A stretch of DNA of 64,000 bases from Candidatus Thalassarchaeum sp. Lineage in GTDB: Archaea; Thermoplasmatota; Poseidoniia; Poseidoniales; Thalassarchaeaceae. Made by a program: the position numbers and the translations under genes. Positions 28,449 through 38,340 of the stretch are shown in pieces (within the stretch, counting starts at the first letter, position 1; each line of letters opens with the position of its first letter). The notes beneath the pieces are model-generated. The model was not told where the DNA came from, made no database searches, and saw nothing but the letters and a program-made list of their open reading frames with translations. Location: NCBI GenBank assembly GCA_022449345.1, contig JAKURL010000004.1, forward strand, positions 19,981 to 83,980, read 5' to 3'.

Positions 28449-29201
28449 TCAGACATAGAAATCATCAGCTTCGGCAGACATTCCTAGATGGTCTTCGATT
28501 GAACCGCTCACATCGATGCTCGAGAGCAATTTCCTAGCGGTTTCCTCTGTGGTGTCTAAGTCGAGGTCGAGGGGTAAACCTAGTGCCTCCTCAATCCAAC
28601 GAGCGAGGCGATCTGCCGCTCTAACATCTGCAGAAGCACCGACGGTGTCAGCCACCAAGGCCACAGCGGGAACTCCGTGAATAGGTGAGAGAGATACTAG
28701 AAGTCCCGCAACGCCAATCATACCTGCTTCTGGTTGTGATTTGCTAACCTCGATGTCATTTGCTTTGAGATTACTTCTTACCTTTGCATTAGCGCAAATT
28801 ACATGGATTGCATTTTCTTCAACTTCGGTAGCTAATCCTGCTAATACCAGAAATTGTGGAGTAGAGGTTGCCATTCCTAGAATCGTCTCTGCAACCTCGT
28901 GCTGCCCTGCTGCTGTCATAGGTTGTAGGTCTCCTCCAACAGTTACTACATACCTACCATCAGGCAACATTACCCGATGCACCAACATCGATGGCGGAAC
29001 GAGCAAGCCGTCTTTGTCTAGGGTAGAATGAGGTGGCATATCCGGGTGCAAAATTCTAGCGACAAGAGTTGAGGGGTGCTTTTCGACAAGGCCATCGACA
29101 ACCAATTTACCGACATTACCGACTCCCGGAACTGCTTCTAGTAGGGCCACGTGCTCAGGCAGTGAATCTCCAATCAACCAATGTACACCTGCGCGACTCA
29201 C
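28449..29201 (-). CDS. Proteasome assembly chaperone, PAC2 family
   Basis: PGVGNVGKL, GDLQP, IGVAGLL; canonical position after nop10. Confidence 0.85.
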   Translation of the reverse strand: MSRAGVHWLIGDSLPEHVALLEAVPGVGNVGKLVVDGLVEKHPSTLVARILHPDMPPHSTLDKDGLLVPPSMLVHRVMLPDGRYVVTVGGDLQPMTAAGQHEVAETILGMATSTPQFLVLAGLATEVEENAIHVICANAKVRSNLKANDIEVSKSQPEAGMIGVAGLLVSLSPIHGVPAVALVADTVGASADVRAADRLARWIEEALGLPLDLDLDTTEETARKLLSSIDVSGSIEDHLGMSAEADDFYV

Positions 29202-29410
29202 TCGTCCTCCTCCTTACGAGGAGTCGGCAATGCTTCGATCCACTCATCACTTCCAGCATCCTCTCGCTGTCGACGGCGTGCTCCTTGAGCATCCTGTGGC
29301 GAGAATTTCAGGGGCACGGCGGAAGTCATCTTTCCGCCGCACTCCTTGCATTCCTCAGCAAGTCCATACTCGCCACAAACGGTACACCGCTGCAATCTCG
29401 TCCGAGCCAT
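29198..29410 (-). CDS. nop10: H/ACA RNP protein Nop10
   Basis: CTVCGEY...CKECG, PLKFSPQD..G..RR; follows aIF2-alpha. Confidence 0.9.
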   Translation of the reverse strand: MARTRLQRCTVCGEYGLAEECKECGGKMTSAVPLKFSPQDAQGARRRQREDAGSDEWIEALPTPRKEEDE

Positions 29411-29475
29411 CCCGATTCCTCAGAAGTCTAGCCCCTTTCAGAGGTCTTTGAAGATGTAGCATACAAATAGCGACT

Positions 29476-30264
29476 TTACATACGTTCGATATCGATTGAG
29501 CCTTCTACCGAAGTGATGGATTCTGTGGCGGCTTGCTGAGCCTCTTCCCACATTCTCTCTGCTGTCTCGTAATCTGGTGCCCTGATGTCAATCCTATACT
29601 CTGGCGCACCGTCATAATGGCAGGTCAGGGTCGCGTCTTCCTCTCCCTCAGCAACCGCCTCTGCAGACAGTAATGCATCCCTAATGGCGTACACTCCTTC
29701 TGCACCCCAAACCTCTATGTTGAACTGTCCACGAATTTCTACAAATGGAGGGATAATGTTCTCCACTGCCAATTCGACAACAGTGGTCATCCAATCTCCG
29801 GTGAAGCCATTGTCAGATAGTGCAGTTTCTGAAATTGCACACTCTTCCAAAGCTCCGTACAAGGTTCCAAAGATTTCAGTCATTTCGTCAGAAATCTCCG
29901 CTTTTTTCACCTCATCCCATCCTGTTCTTTCGGCAACAACCCCCATTATCTGGTTAGCGCGTTGCTCGTTTTTCCAAGTCTGAATAGTGTCTCTGCGGCG
30001 TTCTTCTGAGACACTTTTGATAGAAAGGTCAACACGCTCACGATCTTTCTTGATACCGATTACCTTTGCAACAACTCGTTGGCCAACTCGAAGATGGTTT
30101 CTGATATTCTTAACCCAGCCGGAAGCGACTTCGCCAACGAAGACAAATCCTTCCCGTGAGCCATATCCATCTAGCCGAAGATAGGCTCCATTTTCTCGAA
30201 CGTTGCTTACGGTGCAAATGAGTAGTTCGCCTTCTTCAGGCCAAAGTTCTTCATCATAACTCAT
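29476..30264 (-). CDS. eif2a: Translation initiation factor aIF2 alpha subunit
   Basis: WPEEGELLICTV S1 domain, EVASGWVKNIR, VDLSIK, YDGAPEYRI, APDY. Confidence 0.96.
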   Translation of the reverse strand: MSYDEELWPEEGELLICTVSNVRENGAYLRLDGYGSREGFVFVGEVASGWVKNIRNHLRVGQRVVAKVIGIKKDRERVDLSIKSVSEERRRDTIQTWKNEQRANQIMGVVAERTGWDEVKKAEISDEMTEIFGTLYGALEECAISETALSDNGFTGDWMTTVVELAVENIIPPFVEIRGQFNIEVWGAEGVYAIRDALLSAEAVAEGEEDATLTCHYDGAPEYRIDIRAPDYETAERMWEEAQQAATESITSVEGSIDIERM

Positions 30265-30280
30265 TATTACACAGTCCCCT

Positions 30281-30454
30281 TCACTCGAGGACGTCTACGA
30301 TTGTGCTTCCAACAAGCTCGGCTTTACCACCTGCTGGGCGGGCCAAAGTGGAACCGCAAATTGAGCAGGAAATCTGGGTTGACGCCCTTTCGAAAATGAT
30401 AGCTTCGTGTCCGCAGTCACGGCAGTTTACTCGTAGAAATTTTGCATCTCCCAT
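30281..30454 (-). CDS. rps27e: 30S ribosomal protein S27e
   Basis: FLRVNCRDCG...CSICG..LARPAGGKA; start at ATG 30454. Confidence 0.93.
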   Translation of the reverse strand: MGDAKFLRVNCRDCGHEAIIFERASTQISCSICGSTLARPAGGKAELVGSTIVDVLE

Positions 30455-30458
30455 GAAA

Positions 30459-30740
30459 TCACCTCTCAACGAGCTCGAACTTCCTTGCACGCTGCGAGGC
30501 CGGCTGGTGAGCCTTTCCGGTCTCCGAGCAACGGTAGAGTAGGTTGACGCGCTTGGTGGGCTTCTCACCGGATGGCTTTGGACGAGGGAAACCTCGGTAT
30601 CCAGATGTAACCTTACGGAATCTTCGCTGACCCCACTTTAGTTCAGAAGCGCGTCGCTTCTTGACACGCTCGACGGTGTGCTCAGTGTGCTTACCAGCCG
30701 ATGGGCTGTAGCGCATTATCTTACGTGGCATCTTTACCAT
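30459..30740 (-). CDS. rpl44e: 50S ribosomal protein L44e (largely Cys-less variant)
   Basis: MPRK..RYSP...HTEH, KWGQRRF, GY.GFPRP, KPTKRV; start at ATG 30740. Confidence 0.93.
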   Translation of the reverse strand: MVKMPRKIMRYSPSAGKHTEHTVERVKKRRASELKWGQRRFRKVTSGYRGFPRPKPSGEKPTKRVNLLYRCSETGKAHQPASQRARKFELVER

Positions 30741-30895
30741 GACAGAGCACCTCAACGTCTTACGACGACGCGCCCACCTATGACCCATATTTGATTGTGT
30801 CGAGAGAGAGGGAGCCCCCTTTAGGGGCTAAGTATCTCATTTTCGGCAAATATTTAGGTAGTCAATTCAAAGAATATCCTAGTCTGCCACAGGTC

Positions 30896-31495
30896 ATGGT
30901 CTTTTGGCTGAATCAGGCCCTCCTGAGTTTCACCCTATTGGTTGCTGCATTCTCGACGTGGAGAATGGGTCCATCATTCAAACGAAGCAAATTCGCTCCA
31001 CCCATTGCAGTACTAGGTCTTGCAGGGTTGATTTTCTTGCCAGAACAACCACTATATTTTGAGGCGGATTACTATAGATGCGAAATCATTTCTTTTTGCA
31101 ATGATGATGGAAGAGAATCTTATCTCAGAGTTGTAACTTGGTCTCTCATTTCTATTTCTACTGCCTTCATTGGTTGTCACGCTATAATCAGAGGTTCTCG
31201 AATATATTCAGAACATAACTTACCACTCCTGACGTTCGGATGGATAATTCTCGGAATTTCTTGGTGGTCAATCGCCCAGAGTCCTTGGTTCGTTGAGGCT
31301 TATACTCGCCTCGATGTGCTTGCATGGATGGTTGCCTACCTGTTTGGTATCGCAGTTACCGTTTACCTTTTCTTCCACATAATCCGAATTACCGAGAGGT
31401 TAAGCCCAAAGGATCCGCCAATTGAACCTCTAGACGAGAAAGAAAGGCGTTTGGTTACTGAAATGATTAGAAGAAATTTAGGGGGTGGGGATTGA
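30896..31495 (+). CDS. Hypothetical membrane protein
   Basis: About 5 TMs, C-terminal PLDEKERRLVTEMI; start at ATG 30896. Confidence 0.65.
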   Translation: MVFWLNQALLSFTLLVAAFSTWRMGPSFKRSKFAPPIAVLGLAGLIFLPEQPLYFEADYYRCEIISFCNDDGRESYLRVVTWSLISISTAFIGCHAIIRGSRIYSEHNLPLLTFGWIILGISWWSIAQSPWFVEAYTRLDVLAWMVAYLFGIAVTVYLFFHIIRITERLSPKDPPIEPLDEKERRLVTEMIRRNLGGGD

Positions 31496-31867
31496 ATGGT
31501 GAAGTTCGATTTTACAATTGGTGGAATTGGTTCATTTGGAGTCATGATTCTGATCGCCATGATGTTCATCTGCTACTGTTTTGCAATCCATCTAATCGTA
31601 ACTTGGAATCCTCATCATCGCCCAGCAATTCCACTTACAGCATCCTTGATTCTAAGCATAGGTCCAATGTTTGCCTTATCTATGGAAGGCGATGGGACTA
31701 GTTCCATTGGGGAGATGCTAGAAATTGCTTTCTTGATTACTTCATTAGGTGCTGGGATAATTGTACTTTGGATGCCAGTAATTCTCGCTTTAGTCAGTAT
31801 GCAGATGCTTAGGGTGTCGAGAATGCGTCCATCAGATGACCCTCTAATAGAGATGTTAGAAAATTGA
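31496..31867 (+). CDS. Hypothetical membrane protein
   Basis: Three hydrophobic segments; abuts previous stop. Confidence 0.6.
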   Translation: MVKFDFTIGGIGSFGVMILIAMMFICYCFAIHLIVTWNPHHRPAIPLTASLILSIGPMFALSMEGDGTSSIGEMLEIAFLITSLGAGIIVLWMPVILALVSMQMLRVSRMRPSDDPLIEMLEN

Positions 31868-31973
31868 CTTGGCTTTCATCTAGACTCATTTCGCTTGAGA
31901 AGACTTTGCAAACCTGTGGGTAACGCTCATAACACGCCCGTCGGTCGCCGCGTTGTCCTCACAGGTGGTAATC

Positions 31974-32162
31974 ATGTCCAAGGGAACTCCGAGCATGGGC
32001 AAGAAGCAGAAGTCCACGCACATTCGCTGCCGTCGTTGTGGTCGACATTCCTACCACAAGCAAAAGCGCAGTTGCTCTTCCTGTGGCTACGGAGAGAGTG
32101 CTCGCCTTCGCAAATTCCGCTGGAGTAAGCGAAACCGAACTATGGCCGAGCACAAGAAGTGA
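31974..32162 (+). CDS. rpl37e: 50S ribosomal protein L37e
   Basis: [10 protein letters not shown]...[29 protein letters not shown] upstream. Confidence 0.96.
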   Translation: MSKGTPSMGKKQKSTHIRCRRCGRHSYHKQKRSCSSCGYGESARLRKFRWSKRNRTMAEHKK

Positions 32163-32218
32163 AGACTTCTATCCGGAAATGGCTAAGTCCCTACTGAATT
32201 AGGGAGAGACGATTCCCG

Positions 32219-33709
32219 ATGTGTGGCATCATTGGTATCGTCGGGCATCCGGACAGTCAGGTCGGTAAGACACTGTACGATGGACTGCTGGTTTTGCAAC
32301 ATCGTGGACAAGATGCTGCGGGAATCGTGACCAGTGATTCGAGCAACATATCCCATCGAAGAGCAAATGGTCTGGTACGCGATGTTTTCCGCCTTCGACA
32401 CATCCAGTCATTACAAGGCTCGATGGGTCTCGGACACGTTCGATATCCAACCGCGGGTTCTTCATCTGCCGCTGAGGCTCAGCCATTCTACACCAATTCA
32501 CCGTTTGGGGTAAGCCTCGCTCACAACGGCAATTTGACCAACCCAACTGAAATCATAGATACTCTTCTCGAAAGAGATCATCGCAGAATCAATACCAGTT
32601 CTGATTCCGAGGCTTTACTGAACCTAATTGCTGCTGAGATTCAACGTTCTATAAATGGCCGCCGAGGCGGACTCGACGCGCTCAGCGATGAAGATGTATT
32701 CCGCGCGGTCAAAGCGATTAACGAGACCGTCGAGGGTTCCTATTCAGTTGTCGCAATGATTACGGGTTGGGGAGTGATTGCTTTCCGAGACCCTCATGGT
32801 ATTAGGCCGCTCAGTATTGGAACGTGTGAGATTGACGGATTCACTGAAACTTTGATCGCTTCAGAATCCGTCGCGATGAAGGCACTTGGTTTTCAAATCG
32901 AGAGAGACGTTGCCCCAGGCGAGGCGATAGTAGTCCGAATGGATGGCACCAGAACCTCAAGAATTTGTGCAGATATCCCAAGCCACACACCCTGCATTTT
33001 CGAATTCGTTTACTTTGCCCGCCCTGATTCGCGTTTAGATGGTATTTCAGTTCATGGTGCAAGGTTGGCGATGGGCGCGAAATTGGCGGAACGAATTGCC
33101 AAAGAATTCCCAGATCATGAAATCGACTGTGTAATCCCTGTTCCCGATAGTGGAAGGATAGCTGCTCTAGAATTAGCGATGGAATTGGATATTGCTTACA
33201 GGGAAGGATTCGTCAAGAATCGATATATTGGTCGAACTTTCATTATGCCCGGGCAAGATCTCAGAAAGGATTCAGTTCGTAAGAAACTAAACACGATTAA
33301 GCATGAATTTGATGGTAGAAATGTCCTTATTGTAGACGATAGCATAGTCAGAGGAAATACTTCCCGAAGAATTGTTGAGATGGCTAGAGAAGCCGGGGCG
33401 AAGAAGGTCTATTTTGCTTCGGCAGCACCTCCCGTAGTTCATCCAAATGTGTACGGAATTGATATGCCTGCCAAACACGAGTATGTGGCTCATAATCGCA
33501 CAACAGAGGAAGTTTGTCAAACTATTGGAGCTGATTGGTTAATCTACCAAAAACTCGAAGATTTAGTTGAATGTTGCTTAGGTGCTGGTAGTACTAGCCT
33601 TGCAAACTTCGACTGCTCCTGCTTCGATGGGCGATATGTTGCTGGTAGGATTGACCAAGCCTACCTAGAATCGCTTGAAGCGAAAAGACAGGATTCCGCT
33701 AAAGCCTGA
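32219..33709 (+). CDS. purF: Amidophosphoribosyltransferase
   Basis: MCGIIG, LQHRGQDAAGI, GHVRYPTAG, AHNGNL, CIFEFVYFARPDS, VDDSIVRGNT. Confidence 0.97.
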   Translation: MCGIIGIVGHPDSQVGKTLYDGLLVLQHRGQDAAGIVTSDSSNISHRRANGLVRDVFRLRHIQSLQGSMGLGHVRYPTAGSSSAAEAQPFYTNSPFGVSLAHNGNLTNPTEIIDTLLERDHRRINTSSDSEALLNLIAAEIQRSINGRRGGLDALSDEDVFRAVKAINETVEGSYSVVAMITGWGVIAFRDPHGIRPLSIGTCEIDGFTETLIASESVAMKALGFQIERDVAPGEAIVVRMDGTRTSRICADIPSHTPCIFEFVYFARPDSRLDGISVHGARLAMGAKLAERIAKEFPDHEIDCVIPVPDSGRIAALELAMELDIAYREGFVKNRYIGRTFIMPGQDLRKDSVRKKLNTIKHEFDGRNVLIVDDSIVRGNTSRRIVEMAREAGAKKVYFASAAPPVVHPNVYGIDMPAKHEYVAHNRTTEEVCQTIGADWLIYQKLEDLVECCLGAGSTSLANFDCSCFDGRYVAGRIDQAYLESLEAKRQDSAKA

Positions 33710-33767
33710 ATCTAATTGAGGCGAAAAGTCCCGTCCATCGACGCGACAGTGTGAAAACTGCGTACTC

Positions 33768-35288
33768 TTGGTTGTCAACGTGCAAGGCAAGCGTTTGCCG
33801 ACAATCGAGGGCTTTGCCCGAATTGAAATGACGGAGGATGTAATCTCTTCTTGCAGACTTTCTGAATCTCGCTTTGTATTGGGAACGATATCCGGTAATC
33901 TGCTAATTTACGAGGCGGATACCCCTCTAGGAAGAGCTGAATTGGAATCTGCAATCATATCTGTAATCGCCTCAGGTGAGAATGTAATTGCGGCATCATC
34001 GACTGGACAGATTCAGGCATTTCACGGTCAGCCGTTGTGGGTTACCGAGTTTGAGTCCGGTATTGAGAATCTGGCACCCCTAGGTGATGCAATCTGTTTA
34101 TGCGATGCCTCTGGAATGCTTGTAGTAATCAGTCCAGAAGGTGAGACTCTCAGTAGTCAATCGCATGGCGATATCACTCAACTGACTGGCTCAGATGATG
34201 GCTCGAGCATTGCAATTGCGATGACTGACGGGACTCTGCGGATTTGTAGTAAATCTGGAGAAATATTGCAAGAGTCGAGTGCAGATAGCGACGATGTAGA
34301 AACTATCTCGCAGATTTGCTTTCGTCCAGGTGGCGTTCTTCTGGTTTGTCGTGATTCCTTAGGGATGACACTTGACGATCGACCTGAAAACCGTCTAGAG
34401 TGTTGGCATAGTGTTCGCGGGCTGCTTCACACGAACGAATTACCAGCCTCTGCAAGCAGTATTCTTGCCACCGACACCGGTTCAATTGTCGGATGTCAAA
34501 ATGGCGCCTTGTTGAGGTTCAATATCGGTGAAGAGGTGGAGGAATTGGCTACTGTTGATAATTCAATTTCATCAATTATCGAATGGGGCGATGATGTGAT
34601 TATTGGAACTTGGTTCCACACTCTGAGGATCTCTTCCGATGGTTCGATTATTTGGTCTCATGAACATGAGGGCCTAGTTAGCCAGATACTGCCAATAAGT
34701 CCAGATCTAATCGCAGTAATCGGGCGTTCTCCATCGGGTAAAAGCCCTGCATCGGTTGTATTGCTTGACCCCGACTCAGAACCAATCGTTCCAGAGGTTG
34801 AGTCGTTCGATTATGAATTCAGTCAATCTGATTCAAGTGAATTCGCTGGCGGATTGAGTGATGAGGAAATCGCGCAAGCCGGAGCACCACCAGAAGTTTC
34901 AATTGAAACTGAGGAACTGATGGATGCTTTGGGCGAGGAATTGGAATTTGTCAGTGAAGAGGAAGTAGTCTCGGAGGCCGATTTATTGCAAGACCTATCC
35001 GCATCTGCAAGAGCGATTAATCTGCCCCCAATTGCAGATGCGGGTGAAGATATAACCATCTCGGCCGATGAAGATGGTACCGCAACTATTCTTCTCGATG
35101 GTTCAAGGTCCTATGACCCAGATGGAAAGATTGAGAATTATGCTTGGCAGGATTTCAGGGGCAATGTAATTGGCGACTCAGCTCAAGTCAGAGTTCGACT
35201 TCAATTAGGCACCCACCCATTCGAATTGACCGTAGTCGACGATAAGGGAGCAGCGACCAAAGCGATGGTGACGGTTAGGATTCAGTAG
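33768..35288 (+). CDS. Beta-propeller (WD40/PQQ-like) protein with acidic linker and C-terminal PKD domain
   Basis: Repeated beta-blade patterns, then NLPPIADAGED...LDGSRSYDPDG...YAW...LTVVDDKGA. Confidence 0.7.
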   Translation: MVVNVQGKRLPTIEGFARIEMTEDVISSCRLSESRFVLGTISGNLLIYEADTPLGRAELESAIISVIASGENVIAASSTGQIQAFHGQPLWVTEFESGIENLAPLGDAICLCDASGMLVVISPEGETLSSQSHGDITQLTGSDDGSSIAIAMTDGTLRICSKSGEILQESSADSDDVETISQICFRPGGVLLVCRDSLGMTLDDRPENRLECWHSVRGLLHTNELPASASSILATDTGSIVGCQNGALLRFNIGEEVEELATVDNSISSIIEWGDDVIIGTWFHTLRISSDGSIIWSHEHEGLVSQILPISPDLIAVIGRSPSGKSPASVVLLDPDSEPIVPEVESFDYEFSQSDSSEFAGGLSDEEIAQAGAPPEVSIETEELMDALGEELEFVSEEEVVSEADLLQDLSASARAINLPPIADAGEDITISADEDGTATILLDGSRSYDPDGKIENYAWQDFRGNVIGDSAQVRVRLQLGTHPFELTVVDDKGAATKAMVTVRIQ

Positions 35289-35293
35289 TCCAT

Positions 35294-36208
35294 TCAAAGT
35301 GCTGCTAAGGCTGATTTTAGGGCAGGAACTGCTTCTTCCCAAGTGGCTACAATTCCGTAATCAGCAACTCCGAAGATTGGTGCATCTGGGTCCTTATTTA
35401 TCGCTACAATGTACTTCGAGGAACGCATTCCTGCAAGATGTTGGATAGCACCAGAGATTCCTACTGCAATGTATAGTGAAGGGGTTACTGTCTTTCCTGT
35501 TTGACCAACCTGCATACTGTGAGGCATACCCCACTCATCAACCACTGCTCTACTAGCGCCGACCGCAGCCCCTATGAGGTCTGCAACTTCTTCGAGGTGA
35601 GAGAAATTCTCCTTCTCTCCTATACCTCGACCACCAGATATAATGATGTCCGCTTCGGAGACATCGAGCCTTTCGCTAGCCTTAGAAATAGCTTCCTTGA
35701 CAGCGACCGAGACATCAGCGCTCTGGTCGACCACGTTTACCGCGGCGCTACCACCAGAACCCACCGCCTCGAAGGCGTTTGTGCGCAGGGTGATTACACA
35801 ATCACCAGATACTGTCGAAGTCTCGACTGCCTTTCCTGAATAAATCGGACGAGTGATGGTAATTCCTCCTTCTAAACCGGTCACATCCTGAACAATCGGG
35901 ATACCGCGCTTAGCCGCTACTCTAGATGCGACCTCACGACCATTAGGGGTCGCACCCGCAATAACCACTCCAGAGCATTGTGAGGCGATTGCGCTAGCCC
36001 AAGCACCACCGTCGAATGTCGAGAAGCAATCGCCTACGATAGAGACAACCTTTGCCACTCCATCGATAGAAGCGGCTTCATCAGCAGCGATACCGCCTGG
36101 AACGACTACTGTTGGAGATGCGCCGAGTGAACTCGCCGCACCGACTAATTGTGCTGTGATTGGGTGAAGAGAATCTCCTGAGGTATCTGCTATTACTGTA
36201 CATTCCAT
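35294..36208 (-). CDS. etfA: Electron transfer flavoprotein alpha subunit
   Basis: [39 protein letters not shown]. Confidence 0.96.
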   Translation of the reverse strand: MECTVIADTSGDSLHPITAQLVGAASSLGASPTVVVPGGIAADEAASIDGVAKVVSIVGDCFSTFDGGAWASAIASQCSGVVIAGATPNGREVASRVAAKRGIPIVQDVTGLEGGITITRPIYSGKAVETSTVSGDCVITLRTNAFEAVGSGGSAAVNVVDQSADVSVAVKEAISKASERLDVSEADIIISGGRGIGEKENFSHLEEVADLIGAAVGASRAVVDEWGMPHSMQVGQTGKTVTPSLYIAVGISGAIQHLAGMRSSKYIVAINKDPDAPIFGVADYGIVATWEEAVPALKSALAAL

Positions 36209-36220
36209 ACTAATTCCCCC

Positions 36221-36982
36221 TTAAATCACGTTTGCCTCATCTCGTAGTTTACCAACTACGGTAGATACCGATTCGGCTCCCTCGAATTTCTGACCAGGTG
36301 GCTTTTCCGCCGGTGGAGAGTGTGAATCTATATTTACACTAGATGCACCAATATCAACACCCAAATAAGCGACGGACCAAGTCTCGATGGGCTTCTTCTT
36401 TGCCATCATAATTCCTCTGACATTTGGCCTGCGCATTTCAGTCAAACCTTTGTCAAAAGCGAATACACAAGGAGCACTTACTCCGACCTTTTCGTGGCCA
36501 GAGGAACTAGGACGAGTGGCGGTATAGCCAGCGCCGTCGGCCGCGACCTCAGAGACGAGGGTGACGCAGGAGGCTCCGATTAGCTCTGCAACACCGGGCC
36601 CAGTCGAGCCAGCGTTGGTGTCCGCAGCCTGCTTACCGCAGAATATCACAGAAGCGCCAGATTTCTCGACGGCTGCTGCTAGTAACTTCTGGATCTGAAT
36701 CGAATCGAGGTCGTTGACGTTCTCCGCAGAGATATGAACCAAAGTGTCGGCACCAACCGCTGCCGCATCACGCAATAACTTCTCACAGCGAGCAGGTCCA
36801 GCAGTAATTGCAACAAGTTCTCCGCCCGCTACTTCCTTCAATTGCAGGGCGGCTTCTAGTGCGTACTCATCGTAGGGGCTGAAAGACCACTTTGACACTG
36901 CACTTTCGTCGACACGTCCACCATTAACCGAGATTTTTGCAGTTGTGTCAGGAACTTGCTTAAGAAGTACTGCGATTGTCAT
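36221..36982 (-). CDS. etfB: Electron transfer flavoprotein beta subunit
   Basis: KQVPDT, PYDEYALEAAL, GKQAAD, IMMAKKKP; start at ATG 36982. Confidence 0.95.
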   Translation of the reverse strand: MTIAVLLKQVPDTTAKISVNGGRVDESAVSKWSFSPYDEYALEAALQLKEVAGGELVAITAGPARCEKLLRDAAAVGADTLVHISAENVNDLDSIQIQKLLAAAVEKSGASVIFCGKQAADTNAGSTGPGVAELIGASCVTLVSEVAADGAGYTATRPSSSGHEKVGVSAPCVFAFDKGLTEMRRPNVRGIMMAKKKPIETWSVAYLGVDIGASSVNIDSHSPPAEKPPGQKFEGAESVSTVVGKLRDEANVI

Positions 36983-37065
36983 ACGATTACCTCTTGACGA
37001 CTCTTCGACCGGCACTCCATCTATGAAGATTAGCAGTCCTCAATACAGGTGTTTCTCATCCTCGA

Positions 37066-38238
37066 TTAGAGCTCTCTGGTGAAAGCCTGTATCCCAGTTA
37101 TGTGGCGTCCGAGAATCAAATTATGAATGTCATGAGTACCCTCGTATGTCTTTACCGACTCGAGATTCGCCATATGGCGCATGATACAATATTCGTCGAG
37201 AATACCGTTTGCTCCATGGATATCTCTAGCCTCTCTTGCAATTTCTAGAGCGATATCAACATTGTTCATCTTGGCCAGCGAGATTTGCTCTGGAATCCAC
37301 GTCCCTGCATCCTTCTTCTGACCCAGATGATAAGCCAATAATTGTGCCTTGGTTATCTCCCTAAGCATCCAAGATAATTTGTTTTGTACCAATTGGTAGC
37401 TTGCGATTGGGTGAGTAAATTGAATTCGACTCAGAGAGTAATCCCTGGCTGAATCGAAGCAGGCTTGAGCAGCACCGACCGCTCCCCAAGAGATGCCATA
37501 TCGAGCATTGTTGAGGCAGGAGAATGGACCCCTTAGACCCTCTACGTTAGGCAGAAGTCGGTCCTTCGGAATCTTACAGTCTTGGAAGACTAATTCACTG
37601 GTCACACTAGCCTTTAGTGAGTGCTTCCCTTTCATTTCAGGAGCGCTGAATCCAGGGTCATCCTTCTCAACGATGAATCCGCGAATAACTCCATCCAGTT
37701 TCGCCCAAACAATCGCGACTTGTGCGATTGTACCATTTGTAATCCACATTTTTGCTCCGTTGAGCAGGTAGTGGCCCCCCATATCTTCTGCCTTGGTGAT
37801 CATGTCTCCGGGGTTTGAACCGTAATCTGGTTCTGTAAGTCCGAAGCATCCAATCCATTCTCCACTTGCCATCTTTGGCAAGTAATGCTGCTTTTGCTCC
37901 TCACTACCGAAGTCCCAAATCGGGTACATCGCAAGACTGCCTTGAACGCTAGCAAATGAGCGCAATCCGCTGTCGCCCCTCTCCAATTCTCGGCAGATGA
38001 CACCGTAAGCAGTGTAGGATAGGCCTGAGCAACCGTAGCCCTCTAAGGGAGCTCCTAAAACACCCATCTCACCTAGGGCTACACGCCACTCGTCAGGAAA
38101 TACTCCATCACGGCAGGCGTATTCGATTTTTGGAATGACATCTTCATCAACAAAGTCGCGAACCATGTCGCGAACCATGCGTTCCTCTTCGGTTAGCAGG
38201 GAATCCACATCGTAGAAGTCGAGGGCTTCGTATGGCAT
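37066..38238 (-). CDS. Acyl-CoA dehydrogenase, glutaryl-CoA dehydrogenase-like
   Basis: ELERGDSGLRS..SVQGSL, GCFGLTEPDYGSNP, CLNNARYGISWG, TYEGTHDIH. Confidence 0.9.
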   Translation of the reverse strand: MPYEALDFYDVDSLLTEEERMVRDMVRDFVDEDVIPKIEYACRDGVFPDEWRVALGEMGVLGAPLEGYGCSGLSYTAYGVICRELERGDSGLRSFASVQGSLAMYPIWDFGSEEQKQHYLPKMASGEWIGCFGLTEPDYGSNPGDMITKAEDMGGHYLLNGAKMWITNGTIAQVAIVWAKLDGVIRGFIVEKDDPGFSAPEMKGKHSLKASVTSELVFQDCKIPKDRLLPNVEGLRGPFSCLNNARYGISWGAVGAAQACFDSARDYSLSRIQFTHPIASYQLVQNKLSWMLREITKAQLLAYHLGQKKDAGTWIPEQISLAKMNNVDIALEIAREARDIHGANGILDEYCIMRHMANLESVKTYEGTHDIHNLILGRHITGIQAFTREL

Positions 38239-38340
38239 GTGTTTCAGCCTCTTCGCGAAGCCAACCCCACATGAAGGTTGCCTGCATCCGGAACTCGCGC
38301 CGTAGGCGCGGTGCCCTTGAGCATAGTTCAGTGATAAATC

